Shown here piece after piece: positions 1 to 8,796 of a stretch of 64,000 bases of DNA (position 1 is its first letter; each line of letters starts with the position of its first letter). This DNA comes from Nanobdellota archaeon (GTDB taxonomy: Archaea; Nanobdellota; Nanobdellia; Pacearchaeales; GW2011-AR1), in contig JBBSYE010000007.1 in the NCBI GenBank assembly GCA_038045385.1, forward strand, positions 44,761-108,760, read 5' to 3'. The notes beneath the pieces were generated by a model. The model had not been told where the DNA came from. It worked only from the letters and a program-made list of their open reading frames with translations, and made no database searches. The position numbers and the translations under genes are program-made.

Positions 1-678
1 ATTGATATCTCTCCCGCCCTATTAAGCAGATTCGACGTTATCTTCATTGTCCGCGACATACCAAATAGAATTCAAGATGAAGCTATTGCATCCCATGTTC
101 TTGATGAACACAAACAAGAAGTTATAAGAGACGTTATAAATCCAAAACTATTAAGAAAATATATCGCCTATGCACAAAGACTTCTCCCTAAGCTAACAGA
201 TGAAGCAGCTGATGAGATAAAAACATTCTACGTCTCCCTAAGAAATCAATCCATTCGTACCGATGCAGATATAAAACCAATACCAATAACTGCCCGCCAG
301 CTAGAAGCAATAATCAGGCTATCAGAAGCGCACGCCAGAATGAAACTAAGTAATAAAGTCACAAGAGAAGATGCAAGACAAGCAATAAGACTTCTAAAAG
401 CCTCTCTAATGGAAGTTGGTTATGACGAAGACACAAAAACATTTGACATTGACAAAATCACAACAGGAATAAGCACCTCAAAGCGAGGAAAAATAGTTGC
501 AGTAAAAGAAGCCATATCTCGCTTAGAATTAAAAATAGGAAAACTTATACCTCTTGAAGAGCTAGAACGCGAGTTAGGCGAAACATTCAATAAAGATGAT
601 CTCGATGAGGCAGTAAATCAACTATCTAAATCAGGAGATATTTTCCGACCAAAACAAGGATATATTCAAAAACTATAA
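1..678 (+). CDS. mcm: MCM replicative helicase, C-terminal part (5' truncated by window)
   Basis: Frame open from base 1: IDISPALLSRFDVIF (Arg finger), ITARQLEAIIRLSEAHAR (sensor 2), C-terminal winged helix. Confidence 0.95.
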   Translation: MDISPALLSRFDVIFIVRDIPNRIQDEAIASHVLDEHKQEVIRDVINPKLLRKYIAYAQRLLPKLTDEAADEIKTFYVSLRNQSIRTDADIKPIPITARQLEAIIRLSEAHARMKLSNKVTREDARQAIRLLKASLMEVGYDEDTKTFDIDKITTGISTSKRGKIVAVKEAISRLELKIGKLIPLEELERELGETFNKDDLDEAVNQLSKSGDIFRPKQGYIQKL

Positions 679-708
679 ACATTATAAACTAAAAAGATAA
701 AAAATACC

Positions 709-1323
709 ATGCCAGAACAAGAATTCAAGCGCCATATAGCCTACAAATTCTCAATCGGAGATATAATATCCGGAAAAATAGTCATGGACGGCGAAAGATT
801 CAAACTAATTGAAATAGGCCCAAAGCGAGTTTCAAGAGTCAATATTATAGCCAATGTAATAGACAAATTCATCCAAGATGGCGAGAAAAAATATGGAACT
901 TTAACTCTTGATGACGCTTCTGGCCAACTAAGAGTAAAAGTTTTCGGAGAAGATCTAGCAAAACTAGAACAATTCATTCAGGGCGACACATTAATGATAA
1001 TAGGACTAGTAAGGCTATGGAATAATGAACTTTATCTCACTCCCGAGATAATAAAGAAAAAAGAACCCTCATATCTTTTAGTAAGAAAACTTGAATTAGA
1101 TGCTGAAAAGCCAAAGATGTTAGAAAAAAACGAAATGCAACAACTAAAAGAATCAATTCTCTCTCTAGTAAAACAAGAAGACGATAAAGGCGGAGTCGAA
1201 ATAGAGAGAATGATTTTAGATTTCAAAGCTTCTCCAGATGTAATAAATCAAGAAGTCAAAAAGCTATTAGAAGAAGGCATAGTCTACGAACCTCGTCCAG
1301 GCAAACTTAGATATCTAGGATAA
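709..1323 (+). CDS. OB-fold nucleic-acid-binding protein (RPA2-like) with C-terminal winged helix
   Basis: RVNIIANVIDKF, TLTLDDASGQLRVKVF, C-terminal GIVYEPRPG. Confidence 0.8.
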   Translation: MPEQEFKRHIAYKFSIGDIISGKIVMDGERFKLIEIGPKRVSRVNIIANVIDKFIQDGEKKYGTLTLDDASGQLRVKVFGEDLAKLEQFIQGDTLMIIGLVRLWNNELYLTPEIIKKKEPSYLLVRKLELDAEKPKMLEKNEMQQLKESILSLVKQEDDKGGVEIERMILDFKASPDVINQEVKKLLEEGIVYEPRPGKLRYLG

Positions 1324-1324
1324 A

Positions 1325-1747
1325 ATGAATGTATCAAAGCAATTCATTGCATTGAAAGCCGTAATTGAACATAACGGAAAAGTGCTAATTCTTCGTGAAT
1401 CAAAAAAATATGAAGAAGGCGCAAATTTTGGAAAATATGATATATGTGGGGGCAGATTAAAAGTAGGGGAAAATTGGAAACAAGCCCTAGAGCGTGAAGT
1501 TGAAGAAGAAACTTCCTTAAAAATCTCAATCAAACAACCATTCTATGTTGGAGAATGGTATCCGATGATAAAAGGAGAACAATGTCAGATAATTGCAATA
1601 TTTTTTAAGTGTTCTCTAGAAACAAAAGAAATAAAATTGAGTGCTGACCATGATCATTATGAATGGATCACTCCAGAAGAATATGAAAAATATAATTTAA
1701 TTCCCAATCTCAAGCCAATGTTCGAAGAATACTTAAAAATCAAATAA
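1325..1747 (+). CDS. Nudix hydrolase
   Basis: Nudix box GGRLKVGENWKQALEREVEEET. Confidence 0.9.
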   Translation: MNVSKQFIALKAVIEHNGKVLILRESKKYEEGANFGKYDICGGRLKVGENWKQALEREVEEETSLKISIKQPFYVGEWYPMIKGEQCQIIAIFFKCSLETKEIKLSADHDHYEWITPEEYEKYNLIPNLKPMFEEYLKIK

Positions 1748-2356
1748 TTATCTAAACTTACCAAAAAAACCTTTCTTCTCTTGTCTATTAATTCGCAAAG
1801 CAATCCACACTAGTAAAACTAATGCAAATAACAGAAGCAAAAATCTTCCTAAATTACCAAGATTTTCCCAATTCACAATAGTTCCATAAACGATTGCACC
1901 TATTCCCGAAGCCATCAATGCAGAACCTACAGGCTCAACACTTAGAATAGTAAAGCCAACTATCAGAACAATAATCCCAATAACCAAAGCAATAATGAAT
2001 ATATTTTTATTATATTTCTTCATAGCTTCATTAAATTCTTGCTGACAGAAATTACATTCCTTAAATCCCGTAATACAACCCGCATCATCATAATCATATA
2101 AAACTTGCCCCCCTTGAACAGAGCACTGCTGTTCCTGTTCTCTAATTCCGCTAACAATACTACAATTCTCAGTTCCAGGCAACTTGGTAGGATAAGAATA
2201 TCCAAAATATTCCCCCCCAGGCCCGTATCCAGCAGCACGACAAGAGTCAAAATTCTCATATCTCGGAGTATCATAGAACGCTCTTATCCCATTATGCAAA
2301 AGAAACATAAATACAATAAATATACCAATTCCAAGAACAATATTCTTAACATTCAT
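1748..2356 (-). CDS. Membrane protein with Cys-rich extracellular loop
   Basis: N-terminal TM, loop with several Cys, three C-terminal TM helices. Confidence 0.7.
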   Translation of the reverse strand: MNVKNIVLGIGIFIVFMFLLHNGIRAFYDTPRYENFDSCRAAGYGPGGEYFGYSYPTKLPGTENCSIVSGIREQEQQCSVQGGQVLYDYDDAGCITGFKECNFCQQEFNEAMKKYNKNIFIIALVIGIIVLIVGFTILSVEPVGSALMASGIGAIVYGTIVNWENLGNLGRFLLLLFALVLLVWIALRINRQEKKGFFGKFR

Positions 2357-2387
2357 ATCTCGTTAAAGCAGAAAGACTATATAAAAC

Positions 2388-2711
2388 TTAAGCATATTTA
2401 TTATTCATCAGCCTTTCCAGTCCTACAAGAATTTCCCTAACCTGCTCAATCTTTACTTCTTTAGGATGTCTATTAAAGAAAAAATATAGTTTACTATCTT
2501 GTGTAGCTTTAAGCAATAAAAGTTCGGTAACGCTCTTTCCATCAACATATTCATCCCTTTGTCCATCAATCTCTTTAGCAACATAAAATTCATTAGGATA
2601 ATCCTGAAGTAAGTTGACAACACCCATACAAGGTCTAGCGTGCAATCCCTCCTCAATTCTAACAATGCAACTAGCTTCGTAAAAATCCGACTGTTCTTTT
2701 ATATCTAACAT
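2388..2711 (-). CDS. HPr-family phosphocarrier-like protein
   Basis: GLHARP (His15 motif) and VDGKSVTELLLL (Ser46 motif). Confidence 0.8.
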   Translation of the reverse strand: MLDIKEQSDFYEASCIVRIEEGLHARPCMGVVNLLQDYPNEFYVAKEIDGQRDEYVDGKSVTELLLLKATQDSKLYFFFNRHPKEVKIEQVREILVGLERLMNNKYA

Positions 2712-2760
2712 AAAATTGCATAAAGCTCAATTTTATAAAGGCTCTCCTTCCACTTACTAG

Positions 2761-3171
2761 ATGGAATCATACGAACAGCTACTTGACGAGGCATACAATC
2801 AAATCAAGCAAGTTCAATCATCAGGCGAACGCTTTGAAATACCAAAGGTTGCAGGCAAGGTAGAAGGAAAAAACACAATAATCACAAATATAACTGCAAT
2901 AGCCTCTTATATCCGTCGTCCAATTGAACAAATAGCAAAATTCTTACAAAAAGAGCTTGCAGTTGCAGGAGAAATATCAAACGAGCGACTTATATTAAAA
3001 ACGAAGCTCAATTCTCAGCGAGTAAACGAAAAAATTGAGGCATACGTAAAAGAGTTCGTTCTCTGCTCTGAATGTAAAAAACCAGACACTGAGATTGTGT
3101 TAGAAAAAGGCGTCAAGTTTAAGAAATGCCTTGCTTGCGGAGCTAAAACTCCAATTAAAAGCAAAATCTAA
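2761..3171 (+). CDS. eif2b: Translation initiation factor aIF-2 subunit beta
   Basis: RFEIP, FLQKEL, Zn finger CSECKKPDT...CLACGA. Confidence 0.95.
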   Translation: MESYEQLLDEAYNQIKQVQSSGERFEIPKVAGKVEGKNTIITNITAIASYIRRPIEQIAKFLQKELAVAGEISNERLILKTKLNSQRVNEKIEAYVKEFVLCSECKKPDTEIVLEKGVKFKKCLACGAKTPIKSKI

Positions 3172-3577
3172 CATGGAAAAGAAAAAATTTATTATCAAAC
3201 CTTCTCCTGATCCGTTCGGCTTTCAAATACAAGAAGAAAATCACGATGAAAGAGAATGGCCAATACATAGAGTATATGCTCAACAAGAAAGCCGAGAGTA
3301 TAGAATCTATCAACATATTACGATAAATAAAGGCCCTCGTCATAGCATCGGTTGTGAAGATATAACTAAAGTTATAGAAGCAGAAGGAATAAGCAAAAGA
3401 AATGAAGCAGAGCATTTTATGATCTCTATTCTAGCTCGCTTTGTCGAAAATCATCCCGATCTCCTTGGCCTCAACGAACCAACTAAATTAGAAGTATTAG
3501 ATGAAAAACAAGAAATTCTATACGGCTCTCGAGTATATTACCCAGAAAGAAAGATAATTACTATAGCAAAAAGATAA
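3131..3577 (+). CDS. Hypothetical protein (true start probably ATG 3173)
   Basis: ORF track; no recognisable motif. Confidence 0.55.
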   Translation: MLAELKLQLKAKSNMEKKKFIIKPSPDPFGFQIQEENHDEREWPIHRVYAQQESREYRIYQHITINKGPRHSIGCEDITKVIEAEGISKRNEAEHFMISILARFVENHPDLLGLNEPTKLEVLDEKQEILYGSRVYYPERKIITIAKR

Positions 3578-3916
3578 TCTAAGAATTAATCAAAATTACT
3601 CTGGGCAGTTTATCTTTAAATAACAAAAAACAAATAACTTTATTAAGAAGATTGTATATAAATTGGAATCACTAATGACGCCAGAAGAATTAATTGCTTT
3701 AACTGAGAAAGAAATTTTATCTCGTTTCGGTTCAAGAGATGTTAATGGACATATTATTGTTGAACATGCCGATGGACAATATGCACTATCAGGCAGACCT
3801 ACATGCTCCGATTGCTATTATAATAGCCTAGGAAAAATAATTGAAGCAAGCCCCTATTTAATCCAACAAAAAAGATAATTATAATAGCAAAAAGATAATC
3901 TAAGAATTAATCAAAA
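3550..3916. repeat. 46-bp direct repeat (3550-3595 and 3871-3916), 44/46 identical
   Basis: aaagataatta-NN-atagcaaaaagataatctaagaattaatcaaaa read at both positions. Confidence 0.9.
3663..3878 (+). CDS. Small hypothetical protein with CxxC, between the direct repeats
   Basis: 71-aa ORF, CSDC, TATA-like tttattaa upstream. Confidence 0.5.
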   Translation: MESLMTPEELIALTEKEILSRFGSRDVNGHIIVEHADGQYALSGRPTCSDCYYNSLGKIIEASPYLIQQKR

Positions 3917-4241
3917 CAACTCCGATAAGTGCAAAGAGGATTCCAACTCCCTGTGTTATAGTAATAGTTTCACCAAAAGCAAGCAAGCCAATCAAAATAA
4001 CTGCAATTGAATAAAAGACCATCTGCAAATTACCCACAATTCCAAGATTCCAACCATTCATAAAGACATATACAAAGAATACAACTTGAGCAACATAGAG
4101 TAATATGACTAACAACATAAAAGGATTTTTGAATGCAAGCCAAAAATTCCGATTAATGGCAATCTTTTTTATAATTCAGTCAGCAATCGCAACTGCAAGA
4201 CCTGCAAGAACAATCGCAACTATATGCAAGAAGTTAACCAT
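3900..4241 (-). pseudogene. Small DMT/EamA/SMR-like membrane protein with in-frame TGA at 4176-4178
   Basis: MVNFLHIVAIVLAGLAVAIAD*IIKK... continues in frame into the called 72-aa ORF ending FGETITITQGVGILFALIGVVLINS. Confidence 0.7.
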
Positions 4242-4340
4242 AATCAACCATATTTTCTATCTTAATAAAGATTATTCTACTTTTTTAAGGCAAGAAACAT
4301 TTATAATATACCAAATTCAAATCTCACTAAGGAGGAAAAT

Positions 4341-4514
4341 ATGGCAAAACCAAAAATGAGCTTCTACGATGTCAAATCTAAAAAGAAATTTGACTCAGAA
4401 AACTATCGTGTAGTGGAAAAAGCTGGACGATTTTTCGCAGTTACAAAATCGCTTGTTGGCACACACGAATGCTGGCGCGTATTAGGCAAGGATCAAGCTG
4501 CAAAGCTTAAGTAA
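4341..4514 (+). CDS. 57-aa CC1/Cren7-like small chromatin protein (absent from ORF track)
   Basis: MAKPKMSFYDVKSKKKFDSENYRVVEKAGRFFAVTKSLVGTHECWRVLGKDQAAKLK; GGAGG at 4331-4335; tttataata near 4300. Confidence 0.8.
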   Translation: MAKPKMSFYDVKSKKKFDSENYRVVEKAGRFFAVTKSLVGTHECWRVLGKDQAAKLK

Positions 4515-4518
4515 TAGT

Positions 4519-4818
4519 ATGATGTACGTTAAAGTACACCGCTCATACAGGAATGTCGTTGCTATTTGTGATTCAATTTTATTAGGAAAAAAATTTGAAG
4601 AAGGTAAGCGACAATTTGAAGTTCGCGAGAATTTCTTCAAAGGCAACGAGCATACCTTCAACGAAGTTACTAAAATTATGGAAATAGAATCTAGAGAAGA
4701 CGCTACTTTCAATATTATAGGCCAAGAATCAATAAAGGCTGCTAAAGAAGCCAGCATTATCACAGAAGAATCAATATCCACTATCAAAGAGATACCTTTC
4801 GCTTTAGTTCTAGGTTAA
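4519..4818 (+). CDS. DUF424 family protein
   Basis: VVAICDSILLGKKFEEG, ATFNIIGQESI. Confidence 0.85.
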   Translation: MMYVKVHRSYRNVVAICDSILLGKKFEEGKRQFEVRENFFKGNEHTFNEVTKIMEIESREDATFNIIGQESIKAAKEASIITEESISTIKEIPFALVLG

Positions 4819-5840
4819 AGATATTTAGTTTTACCTGTATTAACAATTAGCATTTTTTTATCTTTAGGCAACTGTAATTTTAACTGAAGCATTAAAGCTA
4901 AACCTGCAATTCCAGAAGGTTCGCAAACTATTTTTTGAGAGCTAGCCAACTCAATAGCCTCATCAAGAAAAGAATCTTTGATAAGATGGACATTTGATTT
5001 GGGACCACAATAGCCCGCATACCGATAAAAACGAATCCATTGTTCATCATAGTGGACAAAGGGCAAATGTGGCGAGTAAAGCTTCTCTGCAGCCTTAGAC
5101 TTTGAATTATTTGTAGTAGCCCCAAGAAAATTGCAATTTCTTAAACGCCCAACATCACCTTTAAATCTTGGATCGTGATGAATAGTGGAAACTTCTTTTT
5201 TTACAATATTAAGAATATTCTCATAAAGATTTCCAGTACCAAAAGGAACAAAAACATAATCGGGACTTGAATTAATAATCTCATAACTCAACCAATCATA
5301 AAATCTTGTGGTAGAATCAAGCGCTTCAGAAGAAGTTATATCAAAACCATTAGGATTATGAGTAATATTAAGTATATCCTCCCAATTCAATGCTTTTTTT
5401 GATAAATCAGCCTTATAAATCTCACAACCTATTTTTTTTAAATAATTTAAAACAAAACTCTGAATAGAAGAATCAACAATAACCTTTAAATTCGGCAAAC
5501 CATATTGACGCAAATAAGACTGAATCGCGACAGCCGCCGAACCGGAAGAAATTATAGACATTGAAGGCAAACCTCCCTGAAGCTGTCCTCTTTTCTTAGC
5601 AATTAAAAAATCCCTATAAGTAACAATAATTTCCCAAGCCATTCTATCTTTATGCGTTCCAGTCGGATTGACACTTTCGTCCTTTAACCAGACATCCGTA
5701 AATCCAGGGACTTTAATCCGATAAGTCGGAGTTGCCGGAAATTTTGGATTTTCAGGAGGAAATTCCGGATTAGCAGGATCATTTTCTGAAGCAACTTTAA
5801 TTGATTTTAAAATCGCTTCCTCATTTCTAGATAAAGCCAT
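4815..5840 (-). CDS. PLP-dependent fold-type II enzyme (threonine synthase/dehydratase-like)
   Basis: LKDESVNPTGTHKDR, SSGSAA, VPFGTGNL, EPSGIAG; start moved to MALSRN to avoid overlap with aIF-1A. Confidence 0.85.
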   Translation of the reverse strand: MALSRNEEAILKSIKVASENDPANPEFPPENPKFPATPTYRIKVPGFTDVWLKDESVNPTGTHKDRMAWEIIVTYRDFLIAKKRGQLQGGLPSMSIISSGSAAVAIQSYLRQYGLPNLKVIVDSSIQSFVLNYLKKIGCEIYKADLSKKALNWEDILNITHNPNGFDITSSEALDSTTRFYDWLSYEIINSSPDYVFVPFGTGNLYENILNIVKKEVSTIHHDPRFKGDVGRLRNCNFLGATTNNSKSKAAEKLYSPHLPFVHYDEQWIRFYRYAGYCGPKSNVHLIKDSFLDEAIELASSQKIVCEPSGIAGLALMLQLKLQLPKDKKMLIVNTGKTKYL

Positions 5841-5914
5841 AAACCAAAGAGCAAAAGAACCAATAAAAAGCTTTCTAGAGACACATTTAAATAACACTCC
5901 AAATAACAATAAAT

Positions 5915-6268
5915 ATGGAAAACAACTTTGGAGATTTCGAAGAAATAAAAGAAAATTCTCCTCAACTTGAGCAAGTACAAGGATTTGCAAGAGCTCGCAT
6001 GCCTCGCGGTACTGAAAAAATAGGAGTTATATTGCAAAGATTAGGCGGAAATCGCATGGAAGTTCTATCAACAGACGGAAAAACACGCAATTGTCGCGTT
6101 CCAGGAAGATACAAAAGAAAACTATGGCTAAGACCAAAAGACACAGTTCTCATTGAGCCTTGGCCTGACGATAATGAAAAAGGCGAAGTTATCTATAAAT
6201 ACTCTCCAACAGAACTGACTCAGTTACGCAAGCGCGGCCTTCTAGATAGCCTGAAAGTAGAATTCTAA
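5915..6268 (+). CDS. eif1a: Translation initiation factor aIF-1A
   Basis: LGGNRMEV, DGKTRNCRVPGR, LWLRPKD. Confidence 0.95.
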   Translation: MENNFGDFEEIKENSPQLEQVQGFARARMPRGTEKIGVILQRLGGNRMEVLSTDGKTRNCRVPGRYKRKLWLRPKDTVLIEPWPDDNEKGEVIYKYSPTELTQLRKRGLLDSLKVEF

Positions 6269-6299
6269 GAGCTTAAATATCCTCATTATTTCTAATTTT

Positions 6300-6797
6300 A
6301 TGGAAACAATATATGTTCAAAGGATTGGAGAAATAAAAAAGCAGAAAGATGAACTTGAGAAAAAACTCAAGGTTAGCTTAGAAATAAAGGGGAAACAGGT
6401 AACAATTAATGGGCCTTCTCTTGAAGAATATGAAGCCACGGTTATTCTAGAAGCAATCAGCTTTGGATTTTCAATTCAAGCCGCGCTAATCTTGAAAGAA
6501 GAAGATGCTATCTTTAGAAAGATAAATATAAAACATGTAACAAGAAGAAAAAATCTAGCTATCGTTAAAGCCCGTCTTATCGGCACAGAAGGAAAAACAA
6601 AACGCACACTTGAAAACCTTGCAGACTGCAAGATACTAATCAAAGACAACGAAATAGGCATAATTGGCCCAGCAGACGAAATTGAAGAAGCCACGACGGG
6701 AATTGAAATCTTAATCCGTGGCTCAAAACAATCTAATGTATATAATTATTTAGAAAAAATGAATAAAAAAAGAAAAGATAAAGTAAAAATTGCCTAA
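6300..6797 (+). CDS. KH-domain rRNA-processing protein (Dim2/Pno1-like)
   Basis: AISFGFS, KARLIGTEGKTKRTLE, GSKQSNVYNYLE. Confidence 0.9.
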   Translation: METIYVQRIGEIKKQKDELEKKLKVSLEIKGKQVTINGPSLEEYEATVILEAISFGFSIQAALILKEEDAIFRKINIKHVTRRKNLAIVKARLIGTEGKTKRTLENLADCKILIKDNEIGIIGPADEIEEATTGIEILIRGSKQSNVYNYLEKMNKKRKDKVKIA

Positions 6798-6800
6798 AAG

Positions 6801-6854
6801 TTATCTTTTTTTCTTTTTAGACGTTTTTTTCGTTGATTTTTTCTTTGCAGCCAT
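6801..6854 (-). CDS. 17-aa Lys-rich micropeptide MAAKKKSTKKTSKKKKR
   Basis: ATG..TAA in frame; GAGGTG just upstream; TTTAAATA about 45 nt upstream. Confidence 0.7.
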   Translation of the reverse strand: MAAKKKSTKKTSKKKKR

Positions 6855-6911
6855 CTTTGTACACCTCTTTTAGTTAACAAACAAAAGTAAAAAGATTATT
6901 TAAACATTACT

Positions 6912-6957
6912 AAAAAATAAATAAAAACAAAACACAGAAAAAAAGAAAAATAAAATA
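6912..6957 (-). terminator. Oligo-T tract, probable archaeal terminator after the 13-aa micro-ORF
   Basis: A-rich run on + strand (aaaaaataaataaaaacaaaacacagaaaaaaagaaaaa), i.e. T tracts on - strand. Confidence 0.5.
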
Positions 6958-6968
6958 CCGACGAGGAG

Positions 6969-7010
6969 TTATCTCTTCTTTTTCTTAGCCTTTTTTTTCT
7001 TTGCAGCCAT
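6969..7010 (-). CDS. 13-aa Lys-rich micropeptide MAAKKKKAKKKKR
   Basis: ATG..TAA in frame; GAGGTG just upstream; TTTAAATA at 7042-7049; T-rich tract downstream. Confidence 0.7.
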   Translation of the reverse strand: MAAKKKKAKKKKR

Positions 7011-7241
7011 CTCACACCTCAATAACCAATATATTCTCTTGTATTTAAAATGTTCGGAAAAATTGTTTTTGAAAATTATTTTTACGTTCCCCATTTATAG
7101 AACAAAAATATTTAGAAAGGAGGATTTTAAAGAGATAAATAAAAATTTTCTTTATAAACAGCAACCTTTAAATAACAATTTTATCCTCTTAATTCTATGT
7201 CCCCTTAGCTCAAAGCTAGAGCAACATTTATATAATTATGA

Positions 7242-8021
7242 ATGCAGATAATAAGTATGTATTTAAAATTAAATGAGGGTATTCTAAGAAAAATAGTCTC
7301 AAAAGCAATCGAAAATTCAGGAAATATTAGAAAATTACAAGATGAAACTGGAATATCAAAAAGTAGTCTTTCATTATATAAAAATGAAAAAAGAGCAATA
7401 AAAGATGAAAAATTGAAATTGCTTCTCAACATCTCGGGAATTAAAATAAAAGATGAGAATATCAAATATAAATTAGAAAATAACTGGAAACAAAAGAAAG
7501 GAGGAATAAACTGTGTTGAAAGTAAAAAAAAGAAAGGAACATTTGAAAATCAGCTAATTTTAGCAAGAATAAATAGTGCAAAAAAACTAAAAGAATGGCA
7601 CAGAAAAATGAAGACCGGACAGCCCGAAAAATACTATGAAATTCAGCATGCGAGATTTAAGAAAGCAGCAGGCAAAAAATTTAAAACTATTTTAGGAATC
7701 TTTGTAAGAAATAATTTAGAAAAAGATATTGCAAATAGGTTAGCTGAAATGAAAATTGACTATGAATATGAACCTATGATAAGAATAGAAGGCAAATGTT
7801 TTTTTCCTGATTTCTTAATAAACAAAAAAATAATCATTGAATGTACTATGTGGAAAGGTTATGATAAAGCAACAAAATTAAAAAATAAAATCAACCTATT
7901 AGAAAAACATTATAAGATATTTGTATTCGTTCCAAAACCTTTATATAAGTACTATCAGCAACTTAATAATTATCTAATATCTGATTTAGATAATATATGT
8001 CCCGGTAGCTCAGCTAGGTAG
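7242..8021 (+). CDS. HTH + PD-(D/E)XK endonuclease-like protein (DUF559/Vsr-like C-terminus); likely start 7257
   Basis: IRKLQDETGISKSSLSLY HTH; EKDIANRL..IDYEYEP..FFPDFLI..IIIEC. Confidence 0.7.
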   Translation: MQIISMYLKLNEGILRKIVSKAIENSGNIRKLQDETGISKSSLSLYKNEKRAIKDEKLKLLLNISGIKIKDENIKYKLENNWKQKKGGINCVESKKKKGTFENQLILARINSAKKLKEWHRKMKTGQPEKYYEIQHARFKKAAGKKFKTILGIFVRNNLEKDIANRLAEMKIDYEYEPMIRIEGKCFFPDFLINKKIIIECTMWKGYDKATKLKNKINLLEKHYKIFVFVPKPLYKYYQQLNNYLISDLDNICPGSSAR

Positions 8022-8087
8022 AGCATTCGGCTGTTACAATTTTTTGTAGAAACCGAAGGGTCGGAGGTTCGAGTCCTCTCCGGGACG
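7999..8087 (+). tRNA. tRNA-Asn(GTT) with 15-nt canonical intron (8037-8051)
   Basis: Acceptor GTCCCGG/CCGGGAC, anticodon stem TTCGG/CCGAA around CT-GTT-A, T arm GGTTCGAGTCC, BHB-like pairing CTGT/GTAG. Confidence 0.95.
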
Positions 8088-8130
8088 TTCTTCTCATAAG
8101 AATTAAAAACATACTTTTCTAACAATAAAT

Positions 8131-8796
8131 ATGATATTAGACAAATATGCTCGTGCCGAACATGAACACAAACCAAAAAAAGTAGAAATAGTAATAATTA
8201 TTGCTATCGGTGTACTTCTAATAGCTTCCCTATCCTCTGAAACGATATTTGACATTCCAAGCTATGTCCCTATCATTCTTATCATTGGTTTTATCATAAT
8301 GAAATTCGCCCATATATATCATGAAGGCGGAACAATAATGGAAGATTATGTTTCTCTCGGCGCTTTAATAATTTTTATAATCCTCCATATAATCCTAGGC
8401 GGTGCAATAAATGCAATTCTCGTTACGGTAATTATCTTCATTCTCTTATATTCAACAGGAATAATGATTTGGGTACGTCGCTCATTAAATTCACAAAATG
8501 GAATTCATGTAATTATAAGCTACGTCCTTGCAGTCGGAATGATAATTTTTCTATTTGCAGGAGCTTATTATCAAAACAACGATTTATTCAACAATATAAC
8601 TTCAAATTCTCCACTTACGTTTGAAGAATCTCTTTATTTGAGCGCAATAACATTTACAACAGTTGGCTTCGGCGATATAACTCCTTTAGAAATAAATAGA
8701 CTTTTAGCCTCAATAGAAGCGCTTTTAGGAACTGTTCTAAATATTGCTTTTATGGGTTATATTTTCGCTTCAAATAGGAACAGGTCTCCATATTAA
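8131..8796 (+). CDS. Potassium channel family membrane protein (Ion_trans_2)
   Basis: Selectivity filter TFTTVGFGDITP; multiple TM helices. Confidence 0.9.
   Translation: MILDKYARAEHEHKPKKVEIVIIIAIGVLLIASLSSETIFDIPSYVPIILIIGFIIMKFAHIYHEGGTIMEDYVSLGALIIFIILHIILGGAINAILVTVIIFILLYSTGIMIWVRRSLNSQNGIHVIISYVLAVGMIIFLFAGAYYQNNDLFNNITSNSPLTFEESLYLSAITFTTVGFGDITPLEINRLLASIEALLGTVLNIAFMGYIFASNRNRSPY

Noticed and set aside
3900-4241. Alternative genetic code (TGA recoding)
   Set aside because: TGA is the normal stop of several conserved genes here (e.g. MBL hydrolase, NTP transferase, TFE); only one internal case
7039-7465. ORFs 7039..7251 and 7205..7465
   Set aside because: AT-rich promoter region or antisense shadow; no coding signal
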